Source: Escherichia coli
GTDB taxonomy: Bacteria > Pseudomonadota > Gammaproteobacteria > Enterobacterales > Enterobacteriaceae
Reading direction: 5' to 3' (one strand)
Assembly (NCBI RefSeq): GCF_036507355.1
Contig: NZ_AP027877.1
DNA length: 64,000 nucleotides
This document shows positions 19,843 through 31,809 of the stretch, one piece after another (within the stretch, counting starts at the first letter, position 1; every line of letters starts with the position of its first letter). A program made the translations under genes and the position numbers. Below the pieces are notes generated by a model that saw only the letters and a list, made by a program, of their open reading frames with translations, did no database searches and was not told where the DNA came from.

Positions 19843-19876
19843 AAGCAAACCAGCTCATAAGCCGGGAGAACAACCT

Positions 19877-20716
19877 ATGAAAGACAATCCGCTGATCTCA
19901 ATCTATATGCCGACCTGGAACCGCCAACAACTGGCGATTCGGGCGATAAAATCGGTCCTGCGCCAGGACTACAGCAACTGGGAGATGATCATCGTGGATG
20001 ATTGCTCCACCTCCTGGGAACAACTGCAACAGTACGTCACCGCCCTCAACGATCCGCGTATTACCTACATTCACAACGACATTAACAGCGGGGCGTGCGC
20101 GGTACGTAACCAGGCGATTATGCTGGCGCAAGGGGAATACATCACCGGGATCGATGATGATGATGAATGGACACCCAACCGTCTGAGCGTCTTCCTCGCC
20201 CATAAACAGCAACTGGTCACTCACGCCTTTTTGTACGCTAACGACTACGTTTGCCAGGGCGAAGTCTATTCCCAACCAGCAAGTTTGCCGCTGTATCCCA
20301 AATCGCCGTACTCACGCCGCCTGTTCTATAAACGCAATATCATTGGCAATCAGGTCTTTACCTGGGCATGGCGTTTCAAAGAGTGTTTGTTCGATACCGA
20401 ACTGAAAGCGGCACAGGATTACGACATCTTCCTGCGGATGGTGGTGGAGTATGGCGAACCGTGGAAAGTGGAAGAAGCGACGCAGATCCTGCATATCAAT
20501 CACGGTGAAATGCAGATCACCTCGTCACCGAAAAAATTCTCCGGATACTTCCACTTTTACCGCAAGCACAAAGACAAATTTGACCGCGCCAGCAAAAAAT
20601 ATCAGCTGTTTACCCTCTACCAGATCCGCAATAAACGCATGACCTGGCGCACTTTGCTGACGCTGCTGTCGGTGCGTAACGGCAAACGTCTGGCTGATGG
20701 TATTCGGGGGCGCTAA
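19877..20716 (+). CDS. wcaA: Colanic acid glycosyltransferase (GT2)
   Basis: 279 aa; position and sequence match WcaA; DDCS and DDDDE motifs. Confidence 0.9.
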   Translation: MKDNPLISIYMPTWNRQQLAIRAIKSVLRQDYSNWEMIIVDDCSTSWEQLQQYVTALNDPRITYIHNDINSGACAVRNQAIMLAQGEYITGIDDDDEWTPNRLSVFLAHKQQLVTHAFLYANDYVCQGEVYSQPASLPLYPKSPYSRRLFYKRNIIGNQVFTWAWRFKECLFDTELKAAQDYDIFLRMVVEYGEPWKVEEATQILHINHGEMQITSSPKKFSGYFHFYRKHKDKFDRASKKYQLFTLYQIRNKRMTWRTLLTLLSVRNGKRLADGIRGR

Positions 20717-20718
20717 AG

Positions 20719-21207
20719 ATGCTGGAAGATCTGCGCGCCAACAGCTGGAGTTTACGCCCGTGCTGCATGGTTCTTGCCTATCGTGTTGCTCATTTTTGTT
20801 CGGTGTGGCGCAAAAAGAACGTCCTCAACAATCTGTGGGCGGACCCGCTGCTGGTGCTGTATCGCATTATCACCGAATGCTTTTTCGGTTATGAAATCCA
20901 GGCAGCCGCAACCATTGGCCGCCGCTTTACTATCCATCACGGTTACGCCGTAGTGATCAATAAAAACGTGGTAGCGGGGGATGATTTTACCATTCGCCAC
21001 GGCGTCACTATCGGCAATCGTGGTGCCGATAACATGGCATGTCCACACATTGGCAACGGCGTCGAACTCGGTGCCAACGTCATTATTCTTGGTGATATCA
21101 CGCTTGGTAACAACGTCACCGTGGGTGCGGGCAGCGTGGTGCTCGACTCTGTCCCGGACAACGCGCTGGTGGTGGGAGAAAAAGCGAGAGTGAAGGTAAT
21201 TAAATGA
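20719..21207 (+). CDS. wcaB: Colanic acid acetyltransferase (hexapeptide repeat)
   Basis: 162 aa; left-handed beta-helix repeats. Confidence 0.9.
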   Translation: MLEDLRANSWSLRPCCMVLAYRVAHFCSVWRKKNVLNNLWADPLLVLYRIITECFFGYEIQAAATIGRRFTIHHGYAVVINKNVVAGDDFTIRHGVTIGNRGADNMACPHIGNGVELGANVIILGDITLGNNVTVGAGSVVLDSVPDNALVVGEKARVKVIK

Positions 21208-22421
21208 ATATTCTGCAATTTAATGTGCGACTGGCGGAAGGCGGGGCGGCAGGTGTGGCGTTAGATCTCCACCAGCGTGCGCTGCAACAGGGGCTAGCGT
21301 CACATTTTGTCTACGGTTACGGCAAAGGCGGCAAAGAGAGCGTCAGCCATCAGAACTATCCGCAGGTCATCAAACATACGCCGCGGATGACCGCGATGGC
21401 GAACATTGCCCTGTTTCGTCTGTTTAATCGCGATCTGTTTGGCAATTTCAATGAGTTATATCGCACCATTACTCGCACACCGGGTCCGGTGGTCCTGCAT
21501 TTTCATGTGCTGCACAGCTACTGGCTAAATCTTAAGAGCGTGGTGCGCTTTTGCGAAAAGGTGAAAAACCATAAACCGGACGTCACTCTGGTCTGGACGC
21601 TGCACGACCACTGGAGCGTTACCGGGCGCTGCGCCTTTACCGACGGTTGTGAAGGCTGGAAAACGGGCTGCCAGAAATGCCCGACCTTAAATAATTATCC
21701 GCCGGTGAAGATTGATCGCGCACACCAACTGGTGGCGGGCAAACGCCAGTTATTCCGTGAGATGCTGGCGCTGGGCTGTCAGTTTATTTCCCCCAGCCAG
21801 CATGTGGCTGATGCTTTCAATAGCCTGTACGGTCCAGGGCGTTGCCGGATTATCAATAACGGTATTGATATGGCAACCGAAGCGATTCTGGCGGACTTGC
21901 CTCCGGTGCGCGAAACCCAGGGCAAGCCGAAAATCGCGGTGGTGGCGCATGACCTGCGTTACGACGGCAAAACTAACCAGCAACTGGTGCGCGAGATGAT
22001 GGCGCTGGGCGACAAAATCGAACTGCATACCTTCGGTAAGTTCTCGCCGTTCACCGCTGGCAACGTGGTCAATCACGGCTTTGAAACCGACAAACGTAAG
22101 CTGATGAGCGCGCTCAATCAGATGGATGCGCTGGTGTTCAGTTCTCGTGTCGATAACTACCCACTGATTTTGTGTGAGGCGTTATCAATTGGCGTGCCGG
22201 TGATTGCCACCCATAGCGACGCGGCGCGTGAAGTGTTGCAAAAATCCGGCGGTAAAACCGTCAGCGAAGAAGAGGTGCTTCAACTGGTGCAGTTAAGCAA
22301 ACCGGAAATCGCGCAGGCGATATTGGGTACCACGCTGGCTGAGTTCAGCCAACGCAGCCGCGCGGCCTACAGTGGACAACAGATGCTGGAGGAGTATGTC
22401 AACTTCTATCAGAATCTGTAG
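21204..22421 (+). CDS. wcaC: Colanic acid glycosyltransferase (GT4)
   Basis: 405 aa; position in cluster. Confidence 0.9.
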   Translation: MNILQFNVRLAEGGAAGVALDLHQRALQQGLASHFVYGYGKGGKESVSHQNYPQVIKHTPRMTAMANIALFRLFNRDLFGNFNELYRTITRTPGPVVLHFHVLHSYWLNLKSVVRFCEKVKNHKPDVTLVWTLHDHWSVTGRCAFTDGCEGWKTGCQKCPTLNNYPPVKIDRAHQLVAGKRQLFREMLALGCQFISPSQHVADAFNSLYGPGRCRIINNGIDMATEAILADLPPVRETQGKPKIAVVAHDLRYDGKTNQQLVREMMALGDKIELHTFGKFSPFTAGNVVNHGFETDKRKLMSALNQMDALVFSSRVDNYPLILCEALSIGVPVIATHSDAAREVLQKSGGKTVSEEEVLQLVQLSKPEIAQAILGTTLAEFSQRSRAAYSGQQMLEEYVNFYQNL

Positions 22422-23613
22422 CTACCTGTTGCTGCCGCTGATTTACCTGCTGGTTAACGTCAAAATCGCCCAGCTTGGCGAAAGTTTTCCCATAACCATC
22501 GTCACTTTTTTACCTGTCTTGTTACTGCTGTTTTTAGAGCGCATCAGCGTTAAAAAATTGATGATTGCCCTGGGGATTGGTGCGGGACTCACGGCGTTTA
22601 ACTATCTGTTTGGTCAGTCGCTGGATGCCAGTAAATACGTCACTTCAACCATGCTGTTTGTCTATATTGTGATCATTATTGGCATGGTGTGGAGTATTCG
22701 TTTTAAAACAATTTCGCCACACAACCATCGCAAGATTTTACGTTTCTTTTATCTGGTGGTCGGGCTGGTGGTGGCGCTGGCGGCGATGGAGATGGCGCAA
22801 ATTATCCTCACCGGTGGCAGCAGTATTATGGAGTCGATTTCGAAATATCTGATTTACAGCAACAGCTATGTGCTGAATTTCATCAAATTCGGCGGCAAGC
22901 GCACGACAGCACTTTATTTCGAACCGGCATTTTTCGCTCTGGCATTAATCTCAATTTGGCTCAGCATCAAACAGTTTGGTATCAAAACGCCTAAAACCGA
23001 TGCTATGATTCTCGCAGGGATAATATTATCCGGATCGTTTTCAGGGGTTATGACCTTTATCCTGTTTTATTTGCTGGAGTGGGCATTTCAATATCTGAAT
23101 AAAGAGGCGATTAAGAAAAAGTTACCGTTAGCATTGATTTCTCTGGCTGTATTCCTGGTTGGTGTGGTAATTGCATTTCCTTATATTTCCACCCGTCTGG
23201 GCGATTTAGGTACGGAAGGATCGTCATCGTATTATCGTATTGTCGGTCCGCTGGTGATGGTCGGTTATTCTTTGACCCATATTGACGGTGTAGTCAGATT
23301 TGGCTCACTTTATGAATATGTCGCATCATTCGGAATATTTAACGGTGCGGATGTCGGAAAAACCATAGACAATGGTTTGTATCTGCTGATTATTTATTTT
23401 TCCTGGTTCGCGGTGTTTTTATCGCTGTGGTACATGGGGAAAGTGATAAAAATGATGATCAACGCTTTTGGTGATAACCGCAATTTTCGCGTGCAATTAT
23501 ATCTTTTTACTCCGGTGTCGCTGTTTTTTACCGGTTCGATATTTAGCCCAGAATATGCATTTTTAATCGTCTGTCCGTTTATTTTGCGAAAAGCGTTAAA
23601 TATTACGAGGTAA
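22396..23613 (+). CDS. wcaD: Colanic acid polymerase, multi-pass membrane protein
   Basis: Highly hydrophobic; start chosen at [10 protein letters not shown] (405 aa), overlapping wcaC 3' end; start uncertain. Confidence 0.85.
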   Translation: MSTSIRICSYLLLPLIYLLVNVKIAQLGESFPITIVTFLPVLLLLFLERISVKKLMIALGIGAGLTAFNYLFGQSLDASKYVTSTMLFVYIVIIIGMVWSIRFKTISPHNHRKILRFFYLVVGLVVALAAMEMAQIILTGGSSIMESISKYLIYSNSYVLNFIKFGGKRTTALYFEPAFFALALISIWLSIKQFGIKTPKTDAMILAGIILSGSFSGVMTFILFYLLEWAFQYLNKEAIKKKLPLALISLAVFLVGVVIAFPYISTRLGDLGTEGSSSYYRIVGPLVMVGYSLTHIDGVVRFGSLYEYVASFGIFNGADVGKTIDNGLYLLIIYFSWFAVFLSLWYMGKVIKMMINAFGDNRNFRVQLYLFTPVSLFFTGSIFSPEYAFLIVCPFILRKALNITR

Positions 23614-23623
23614 GAATAAGAAC

Positions 23624-24370
23624 ATGTTGCTTAGCATAATCACTGTCGCGTTTCGTAACCTCGAAGGGATAGTCAAAACACACGCCTCGCTGGCGCATCT
23701 GGCGCAGGCGGACGATATCAGCTTCGAATGGATTGTTGTCGATGGCGGTTCCAATGACGGCACCCGTGAGTACCTGGAAAATCTCAATGGTATCTATAAC
23801 CTACGCTTTATCAGCGAGCCAGATAACGGTATCTACGACGCCATGAACAAAGGCATTGCGATGGCACAAGGCAAGTTCGCGTTGTTTCTTAACTCGGGCG
23901 ATATTTTTCATCAGGATGCCGCAAATTTTGTCCGTAAGTTAAAAATGCAAAAAGATAACGTGATGATCACCGGCGATGCGCTGCTGGATTTTGGCGACGG
24001 GCATAAAATTAAGCGTAGTGCTAAACCGGGTTGGTATATTTATCACAGCCTGCCCGCCAGTCATCAGGCGATATTTTTCCCGGTATCCGGTTTGAAAAAA
24101 TGGCGTTATGACCTGGAATATAAAGTTTCTTCTGATTACGCGCTGGCAGCCAAAATGTATAAAGCCGGTTATGCATTTAAAAAACTCAATGGTCTGGTGT
24201 CTGAATTTTCTATGGGTGGGGTATCAACCACCAATAATATGGAATTGTGTGCTGACGCGAAAAAAGTCCAACGGCAAATATTACATGTGCCTGGCTTTTG
24301 GGCTGAATTATCCTGGCATTTACGCCAACGTACTACCTCAAAGACGAAAGCCTTATATAACAAAAGCTGA
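23624..24370 (+). CDS. wcaE: Colanic acid glycosyltransferase (GT2)
   Basis: 248 aa; position in cluster. Confidence 0.9.
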   Translation: MLLSIITVAFRNLEGIVKTHASLAHLAQADDISFEWIVVDGGSNDGTREYLENLNGIYNLRFISEPDNGIYDAMNKGIAMAQGKFALFLNSGDIFHQDAANFVRKLKMQKDNVMITGDALLDFGDGHKIKRSAKPGWYIYHSLPASHQAIFFPVSGLKKWRYDLEYKVSSDYALAAKMYKAGYAFKKLNGLVSEFSMGGVSTTNNMELCADAKKVQRQILHVPGFWAELSWHLRQRTTSKTKALYNKS

Positions 24371-24385
24371 ATATAAGGGAAAACG

Positions 24386-24934
24386 ATGCAAGATTTAAGC
24401 GGTTTCTCGGTGCCGAAAGGGTTCCGGGGCAGCAATGCTATTAAAGTGCAATTGTGGTGGGCGGTACAGGCAACAATATTTGCCTGGTCGCCACAAGTAT
24501 TGTATCGCTGGCGGGCATTTTTATTACGTTTATTCGGCGCAAAAATAGGAAAAAATGTAGTTATTCGTCCGTCAGTAAAAATTACCTATCCGTGGAAATT
24601 AACCTTAGGTGATTACGCGTGGGTCGGCGATGACGTCAATTTATATACCCTCGGTGAAATAACCATTGGCGCACATTCGGTGATATCGCAAAAAAGTTAT
24701 TTATGCACCGGGAGCCACGACCATGCAAGTCAACATTTCACCATTAACGCCACGCCTATTGTGATTGGCGAGAAATGCTGGCTGGCAACCGATGTTTTTG
24801 TTGCCCCAGGCGTCACGATTGGCGACGGCACCGTCGTGGGTGCGCGAAGCAGTGTTTTTAAATCGCTTCCGGCAAATGTGGTTTGCCGGGGGAATCCCGC
24901 AGTGGTGATACGCAAACGCGTTGAAACTGAATAA
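24386..24934 (+). CDS. wcaF: Colanic acid acetyltransferase (hexapeptide repeat)
   Basis: 182 aa; position in cluster. Confidence 0.9.
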   Translation: MQDLSGFSVPKGFRGSNAIKVQLWWAVQATIFAWSPQVLYRWRAFLLRLFGAKIGKNVVIRPSVKITYPWKLTLGDYAWVGDDVNLYTLGEITIGAHSVISQKSYLCTGSHDHASQHFTINATPIVIGEKCWLATDVFVAPGVTIGDGTVVGARSSVFKSLPANVVCRGNPAVVIRKRVETE

Positions 24935-24961
24935 ATTCAAAAAAATACAGAGGAATAAGAC

Positions 24962-26083
24962 ATGTCAAAAGTCGCTCTCATCACCGGTGTAACCGGACAA
25001 GACGGTTCTTATCTGGCAGAGTTTCTGCTGGAAAAAGGTTACGAGGTGCATGGTATTAAGCGTCGCGCATCGTCATTCAACACCGAGCGCGTGGATCACA
25101 TTTATCAGGATCCGCACACCTGCAACCCGAAATTCCATCTGCATTATGGCGACCTGAGTGATACCTCCAACCTGACGCGCATTTTGCGTGAAGTGCAGCC
25201 GGATGAAGTGTACAACCTGGGCGCAATGAGCCACGTTGCGGTTTCTTTTGAGTCACCGGAATATACCGCTGACGTCGACGCGATGGGTACGCTGCGCCTG
25301 CTCGAGGCGATCCGCTTCCTCGGTCTGGAAAAGAAAACCCGTTTTTATCAGGCTTCCACCTCTGAACTGTATGGTCTGGTGCAGGAAATTCCGCAGAAAG
25401 AAACCACGCCGTTCTACCCGCGATCTCCGTATGCGGTCGCCAAACTGTACGCCTACTGGATCACCGTTAACTACCGCGAATCCTACGGCATGTACGCCTG
25501 TAACGGTATTCTCTTCAACCATGAATCCCCGCGCCGCGGCGAAACCTTCGTTACCCGCAAAATCACCCGCGCAATCGCCAACATCGCCCAGGGGCTGGAG
25601 TCGTGCCTGTACCTCGGCAATATGGATTCCCTGCGTGACTGGGGCCATGCCAAAGACTACGTAAAAATGCAGTGGATGATGCTGCAACAGGAACAGCCGG
25701 AAGATTTCGTTATCGCGACCGGCGTTCAGTACTCCGTGCGTCAGTTCGTGGAAATGGCGGCAGCACAGCTGGGCATCAAACTGCGCTTTGAAGGCACGGG
25801 CGTTGAAGAGAAGGGCATTGTGGTTTCCGTCACCGGGCATGACGCGCCGGGCGTTAAACCGGGCGATGTAATTATCGCCGTTGACCCGCGTTACTTCCGT
25901 CCGGCTGAAGTTGAAACGCTGCTCGGCGACCCGACCAAAGCGCACGAAAAACTGGGCTGGAAACCGGAAATCACCCTCAGAGAGATGGTGTCTGAAATGG
26001 TGGCTAATGACCTCGAAGCGGCGAAAAAACACTCTCTGCTGAAATCTCACGGCTACGACGTGGCGATCGCGCTGGAGTCATAA
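24962..26083 (+). CDS. gmd: GDP-mannose 4,6-dehydratase
   Basis: 373 aa; [15 protein letters not shown] Rossmann motif. Confidence 0.95.
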
Positions 26084-26085
26084 GT

Positions 26086-27051
26086 ATGAGTAGACAACGC
26101 ATTTTTATTGCTGGCCATCGCGGGATGGTCGGTTCCGCCATCAGGCGGCAGCTCGAACAGCGCGGTGATGTGGAACTGGTATTACGCACCCGCGACGAGC
26201 TGAACCTGCTGGACAGCCGCGCCGTGCATGATTTCTTTGCCAGCGAACGTATTGACCAGGTCTATCTGGCGGCCGCGAAAGTGGGCGGCATTGTTGCCAA
26301 CAACACGTATCCGGCGGATTTCATCTATCAGAACATGATGATTGAGAGCAACATCATTCACGCCGCGCATCAGAACGACGTGAACAAACTGCTGTTTCTC
26401 GGATCGTCCTGTATCTACCCGAAACTGGCAAAACAGCCGATGGCAGAAAGCGAATTATTGCAGGGCACGCTGGAGCCGACCAACGAGCCTTACGCCATTG
26501 CCAAAATCGCCGGGATCAAACTGTGCGAATCTTACAACCGCCAGTATGGACGCGATTACCGCTCACTCATGCCGACCAACCTGTACGGGCCGCATGACAA
26601 CTTCCACCCGAGTAATTCGCATGTGATCCCTGCATTGCTGCGTCGCTTCCACGAGGCGACGGCACAGAATGCACCGGACGTGGTGGTATGGGGCAGCGGT
26701 ACACCGATGCGTGAGTTCCTGCACGTCGATGATATGGCGGCGGCGAGCATTCATGTCATGGAGCTGGCGCATGAAGTCTGGCTGGAGAACACCCAGCCGA
26801 TGCTGTCGCACATTAACGTCGGCACGGGCGTTGACTGCACTATCCGCGAGCTGGCGCAAACCATCGCCAAAGTGGTGGGTTACAAAGGTCGGGTGGTTTT
26901 TGATGCCAGTAAACCGGATGGTACGCCGCGCAAACTGCTGGATGTGACGCGCCTGCATCAGCTTGGCTGGTATCACGAAATCTCACTGGAAGCGGGGCTT
27001 GCCAGCACTTACCAGTGGTTCCTTGAGAATCAAGACCGCTTTCGGGGGTAA
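26086..27051 (+). CDS. fcl: GDP-L-fucose synthase
   Basis: 321 aa; [14 protein letters not shown]; follows gmd. Confidence 0.95.
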   Translation: MSRQRIFIAGHRGMVGSAIRRQLEQRGDVELVLRTRDELNLLDSRAVHDFFASERIDQVYLAAAKVGGIVANNTYPADFIYQNMMIESNIIHAAHQNDVNKLLFLGSSCIYPKLAKQPMAESELLQGTLEPTNEPYAIAKIAGIKLCESYNRQYGRDYRSLMPTNLYGPHDNFHPSNSHVIPALLRRFHEATAQNAPDVVVWGSGTPMREFLHVDDMAAASIHVMELAHEVWLENTQPMLSHINVGTGVDCTIRELAQTIAKVVGYKGRVVFDASKPDGTPRKLLDVTRLHQLGWYHEISLEAGLASTYQWFLENQDRFRG

Positions 27052-27533
27052 TGATGTTTTTACGTCAGGAAGACTTTGCCACGGTAGTGCGCTCCACACC
27101 GCTTGTCTCTCTCGACTTTATTGTCGAGAACAGTCGCGGCGAGTTTCTGCTTGGCAAAAGAACCAACCGCCCGGCGCAGGGTTACTGGTTTGTGCCGGGA
27201 GGGCGCGTGCAGAAAGACGAAACGCTGGAAGCCGCATTTGAGCGGCTGACGATGGCGGAACTGGGGCTGCGTCTGCCGATAACAGCAGGCCAGTTTTACG
27301 GTGTCTGGCAGCACTTTTATGACGATAACTTCTCCGGCACGGATTTCACCACTCACTATGTGGTGCTCGGTTTTCGCTTCAGAGTAGCGGAAGAAGAACT
27401 GTTACTGCCGGATGAGCAGCATGACGATTACCGCTGGCTGACGCTGGACGCACTGCTCACCAGTGACAATGTTCACGCTAACAGCCGCGCCTATTTTCTC
27501 GCTGAGAAGCGTGCCGGAGTACCCGGATTATGA
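27051..27533 (+). CDS. gmm: GDP-mannose mannosyl hydrolase (Nudix)
   Basis: 160 aa from overlapping taATG (alternative start 27054); Nudix-like GKR...[14 protein letters not shown]. Confidence 0.9.
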   Translation: MMFLRQEDFATVVRSTPLVSLDFIVENSRGEFLLGKRTNRPAQGYWFVPGGRVQKDETLEAAFERLTMAELGLRLPITAGQFYGVWQHFYDDNFSGTDFTTHYVVLGFRFRVAEEELLLPDEQHDDYRWLTLDALLTSDNVHANSRAYFLAEKRAGVPGL

Positions 27534-28753
27534 AAATACTGGTCTACGGCATTAACTACTCGCCGGAGTTAACCGGCATCGGCAAATACACCGGAGAGAT
27601 GGTGGAATGGCTGGCGGCACAAGGTCATGAGGTGCGGGTTATTACCGCACCGCCTTACTACCCGCAGTGGCAGGTGGGCGAGAACTATTCCGCCTGGCGG
27701 TACAAACGAGAAGAGGGGGCCGCCACGGTGTGGCGCTGCCCGCTGTACGTGCCAAAACAGCCGAGCACCCTGAAACGCCTGTTGCATCTCGGCAGTTTTG
27801 CCGTCAGCAGTTTCTTTCCGCTGATGGCGCAACGTCGCTGGAAGCCGGATCGCATTATTGGTGTGGTGCCAACGCTGTTTTGCACGCCGGGAATGCGCCT
27901 GCTGGCGAAACTCTCTGGCGCGCGTACCGTGCTGCATATTCAGGATTACGAAGTGGATGCCATGCTGGGGCTGGGCCTTGCCGGAAAAGGTAAAGGCGGC
28001 AAAGTGGCACAGCTGGCAACGGCGTTCGAACGTAGCGGACTGCATAACGTCGATAACGTCTCTACGATTTCGCGCTCGATGATGAATAAAGCTATCGAAA
28101 AAGGCGTGGCGGCGGAAAACGTCATTTTCTTCCCAAACTGGTCGGAAATCGCCCGTTTTCAGCATGTTGCAGACGCCGATGTTGACGCCCTTCGTAACCA
28201 GCTTGGCCTGCCGGATAACAAAAAAATCATTCTTTACTCCGGCAATATTGGTGAAAAGCAGGGGCTGGAAAACGTTATTGAAGCCGCCGATCGTCTGCGC
28301 GATGAACCGCTGATTTTTGCCATTGTCGGGCAGGGCGGCGGCAAAGCGCGGCTGGAAAAAATGGCGCAGCAGCGTGGTCTGCGCAACATGCAACTTTTTC
28401 CGCTGCAATCGTATGACGCTTTACCCGCACTGCTGAAGATGGGCGATTGCCATCTGGTGGTGCAAAAACGCGGCGCGGCAGATGCCGTATTGCCGTCGAA
28501 ACTGACCAATATTCTGGCGGTAGGCGGTAACGCGGTGATTACCGCAGAGGCCCACACAGAACTGGGGCAGCTTTGCGAAACCTTTCGGGGCATTGCGGTT
28601 TGCGTAGAACCGGAATCGGTCGAGGCGCTGGTGGCGGGGATCCGTCAGGCGCTTCTGCTACCCAAACACAACACGGTGGCACGTGAATATGCCGAACGCA
28701 CGCTCGATAAAGAGAACGTGTTACGTCAATTTATAAATGATATTCGGGGATAA
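27530..28753 (+). CDS. wcaI: Colanic acid glycosyltransferase (GT4)
   Basis: 407 aa; position in cluster. Confidence 0.9.
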   Translation: MKILVYGINYSPELTGIGKYTGEMVEWLAAQGHEVRVITAPPYYPQWQVGENYSAWRYKREEGAATVWRCPLYVPKQPSTLKRLLHLGSFAVSSFFPLMAQRRWKPDRIIGVVPTLFCTPGMRLLAKLSGARTVLHIQDYEVDAMLGLGLAGKGKGGKVAQLATAFERSGLHNVDNVSTISRSMMNKAIEKGVAAENVIFFPNWSEIARFQHVADADVDALRNQLGLPDNKKIILYSGNIGEKQGLENVIEAADRLRDEPLIFAIVGQGGGKARLEKMAQQRGLRNMQLFPLQSYDALPALLKMGDCHLVVQKRGAADAVLPSKLTNILAVGGNAVITAEAHTELGQLCETFRGIAVCVEPESVEALVAGIRQALLLPKHNTVAREYAERTLDKENVLRQFINDIRG

Positions 28754-28755
28754 TT

Positions 28756-30192
28756 ATGGCGCAGTCGAAACTCTATCCAGTTGTGATGGCAGGTGGCTCC
28801 GGTAGCCGCTTATGGCCGCTTTCCCGCGTACTTTACCCCAAGCAGTTTTTATGCCTGAAAGGCGATCTCACCATGCTGCAAACCACCATCTGTCGCCTGA
28901 ACGGCGTGGAGTGCGAAAGCCCGGTGGTGATTTGCAATGAGCAGCACCGCTTTATTGTCGCGGAACAGCTGCGTCAACTGAACAAACTCACCGAGAACAT
29001 TATTCTCGAACCGGCAGGGCGTAACACTGCACCTGCCATTGCACTGGCGGCGCTGGCGGCAAAACGTCATAGCCCGGAGAGCGACCTGTTAATGCTGGTG
29101 CTGGCGGCGGATCATGTGATTGCCGATGAAGACGCGTTCCGTGCCGCCGTGCGTAATGCCATGCCGTATGCCGAAGCGGGCAAGCTGGTGACCTTCGGCA
29201 TTGTGCCGGATCTACCTGAAACCGGATATGGCTATATTCGTCGCGGTGAAGTGTCGGCGGGTGAGCAGGATACGGTGGCCTTTGAAGTGGCGCAGTTTGT
29301 CGAAAAACCGAATCTGGAAACCGCCCAGGCCTATGTGGCAAGCGGCGAATATTACTGGAACAGCGGTATGTTCCTGTTCCGCGCCGGACGCTATCTCGAA
29401 GAACTGAAAAAATATCGCCCGGATATCCTCGATGCCTGTGAAAAAGCGATGAGCGCCGTCGATCCGGATCTCGATTTTATTCGCGTGGATGAAGAAGCGT
29501 TTCTCGCCTGCCCGGAAGAGTCGGTGGATTACGCGGTCATGGAACGTACGGCAGATGCCGTTGTGGTGCCGATGGATGCGGGCTGGAGCGATGTCGGTTC
29601 CTGGTCTTCATTATGGGAGATCAGCGCCCACACCGCCGAGGGCAACGTTTGCCACGGCGATGTGATTAATCACAAAACTGAAAACAGCTATGTGTACGCC
29701 GAATCTGGCCTGGTCACCACCGTCGGGGTGAAAGATCTGGTGGTGGTGCAGACCAAAGATGCGGTGCTGATTGCCGACCGCAATGCGGTGCAGGATGTGA
29801 AAAAAGTGGTCGAGCAGATCAAAGCCGATGGTCGCCATGAGCATCGGGTACATCGCGAAGTCTATCGCCCGTGGGGCAAATATGACTCTATCGACGCGGG
29901 CGACCGCTACCAGGTGAAACGCATCACCGTGAAACCGGGCGAAGGCTTGTCGGTACAGATGCACCATCACCGCGCGGAACACTGGGTAGTGGTCGCGGGA
30001 ACGGCAAAAGTCACTATTGACGGTGATATCAAACTGCTTGGTGAAAACGAGTCCATTTATATTCCGCTGGGGGCGACGCACTGCCTGGAAAACCCGGGGA
30101 AAATTCCGCTCGATTTAATTGAAGTGCGCTCCGGCTCTTATCTCGAAGAGGATGATGTGGTGCGCTTCGCGGATCGCTACGGACGGGTGTAA
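28756..30192 (+). CDS. cpsB: Mannose-1-phosphate guanylyltransferase (colanic acid copy)
   Basis: 478 aa; [16 protein letters not shown] nucleotidyltransferase motif; C-terminal cupin domain. Confidence 0.95.
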   Translation: MAQSKLYPVVMAGGSGSRLWPLSRVLYPKQFLCLKGDLTMLQTTICRLNGVECESPVVICNEQHRFIVAEQLRQLNKLTENIILEPAGRNTAPAIALAALAAKRHSPESDLLMLVLAADHVIADEDAFRAAVRNAMPYAEAGKLVTFGIVPDLPETGYGYIRRGEVSAGEQDTVAFEVAQFVEKPNLETAQAYVASGEYYWNSGMFLFRAGRYLEELKKYRPDILDACEKAMSAVDPDLDFIRVDEEAFLACPEESVDYAVMERTADAVVVPMDAGWSDVGSWSSLWEISAHTAEGNVCHGDVINHKTENSYVYAESGLVTTVGVKDLVVVQTKDAVLIADRNAVQDVKKVVEQIKADGRHEHRVHREVYRPWGKYDSIDAGDRYQVKRITVKPGEGLSVQMHHHRAEHWVVVAGTAKVTIDGDIKLLGENESIYIPLGATHCLENPGKIPLDLIEVRSGSYLEEDDVVRFADRYGRV

Positions 30193-30293
<101 letters not shown>

Positions 30294-30384
30294 CAATGAA
30301 TGCGAAACCGCGGTGTAAATAACGACAAAAATAAAATTGGCCGCTTCGGTCAGGGCCAACTATTGCCTGAAAAAGGGTAACGAT

Positions 30385-31755
30385 ATGAAAAAATTAACCT
30401 GCTTTAAAGCCTATGATATTCGCGGGAAATTAGGCGAAGAACTGAATGAAGATATTGCCTGGCGCATTGGTCGCGCCTATGGCGAATTTCTCAAACCGAA
30501 AACCATTGTGTTAGGCGGTGATGTCCGCCTCACCAGCGAAACCTTAAAACTGGCGCTAGCGAAAGGTTTACAGGATGCGGGCGTCGATGTGCTGGATATT
30601 GGCATGTCCGGCACCGAAGAGATCTATTTCGCCACGTTCCATCTCGGCGTGGATGGCGGCATCGAAGTTACCGCCAGCCATAACCCGATGGATTACAACG
30701 GCATGAAGCTGGTGCGCGAAGGGGCTCGCCCGATCAGCGGTGATACCGGACTGCGCGACGTCCAGCGCCTGGCAGAAGCCAACGACTTCCCTCCCGTTGA
30801 TGAAACCAAACGCGGTCGCTATCAGAAAATCAACCTGCGTGACGCTTACGTTGATCACCTGTTCGGTTATATCAATGTCAAAAACCTCACGCCGCTCAAG
30901 CTGGTGATTAACTCCGGGAATGGCGCAGCGGGTCCGGTGGTGGACGCCATCGAAGCCCGCTTTAAAGCCCTCGGCGCACCAGTGGAATTCATCAAAGTGC
31001 ACAACACGCCGGACGGCAATTTCCCCAACGGTATTCCTAACCCGCTACTGCCAGAATGCCGCGACGACACCCGCAATGCGGTCATTAAACACGGCGCGGA
31101 TATGGGCATTGCTTTTGATGGCGATTTTGACCGCTGTTTCCTGTTTGACGAAAAAGGGCAGTTTATCGAGGGCTACTACATTGTCGGCCTGTTGGCAGAA
31201 ACATTCCTCGAAAAAAATCCCGGCGCGAAGATCATCCACGATCCACGTCTCTCCTGGAACACCGTTGATGTGGTGACGGCCGCAGGCGGCACCCCGGTAA
31301 TGTCGAAAACCGGACACGCCTTTATTAAAGAACGTATGCGCAAGGAAGACGCCATCTACGGTGGCGAAATGAGCGCCCACCATTACTTCCGTGATTTTGC
31401 TTACTGCGACAGCGGCATGATCCCGTGGCTGCTGGTCGCCGAACTTGTGTGCCTGAAAGAGAAAACGCTGGGCGAACTGGTGCGCGACCGGATGGCAGCA
31501 TTTCCGGCAAGCGGTGAGATCAACAGCAAACTGGCGCACCCCGTTGAGGCGATTAATCGCGTCGAACAGCACTTTAGCCGCGAGGCGCTGGCGGTGGATC
31601 GCACCGATGGCATCAGCATGACCTTTGCCGACTGGCGCTTTAACCTGCGCTCCTCCAACACCGAACCGGTGGTGCGGTTGAATGTGGAATCGCGCGGTGA
31701 TGTGCCGCTGATGGAAGCGCGAACGCGAACTCTGCTGACGTTGCTGAACGAGTAA
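30385..31755 (+). CDS. cpsG: Phosphomannomutase (colanic acid copy)
   Basis: Start at [15 protein letters not shown] (456 aa); TASHNP active-site motif. Confidence 0.95.
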   Translation: MKKLTCFKAYDIRGKLGEELNEDIAWRIGRAYGEFLKPKTIVLGGDVRLTSETLKLALAKGLQDAGVDVLDIGMSGTEEIYFATFHLGVDGGIEVTASHNPMDYNGMKLVREGARPISGDTGLRDVQRLAEANDFPPVDETKRGRYQKINLRDAYVDHLFGYINVKNLTPLKLVINSGNGAAGPVVDAIEARFKALGAPVEFIKVHNTPDGNFPNGIPNPLLPECRDDTRNAVIKHGADMGIAFDGDFDRCFLFDEKGQFIEGYYIVGLLAETFLEKNPGAKIIHDPRLSWNTVDVVTAAGGTPVMSKTGHAFIKERMRKEDAIYGGEMSAHHYFRDFAYCDSGMIPWLLVAELVCLKEKTLGELVRDRMAAFPASGEINSKLAHPVEAINRVEQHFSREALAVDRTDGISMTFADWRFNLRSSNTEPVVRLNVESRGDVPLMEARTRTLLTLLNE

Positions 31756-31809
31756 TGTCGGATCTTCCCTTACCCCATTGCGGGTAAGGGGCTAATAACA
31801 GGAACAACG

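Noticed and set aside
25253-26050. 265-aa minus-strand ORF inside gmd
   Set aside because: Antisense shadow of gmd, with low-complexity Arg/Phe-rich translation.
27569-28408. 279-aa minus-strand ORF inside wcaI
   Set aside because: Antisense shadow of a conserved glycosyltransferase gene.
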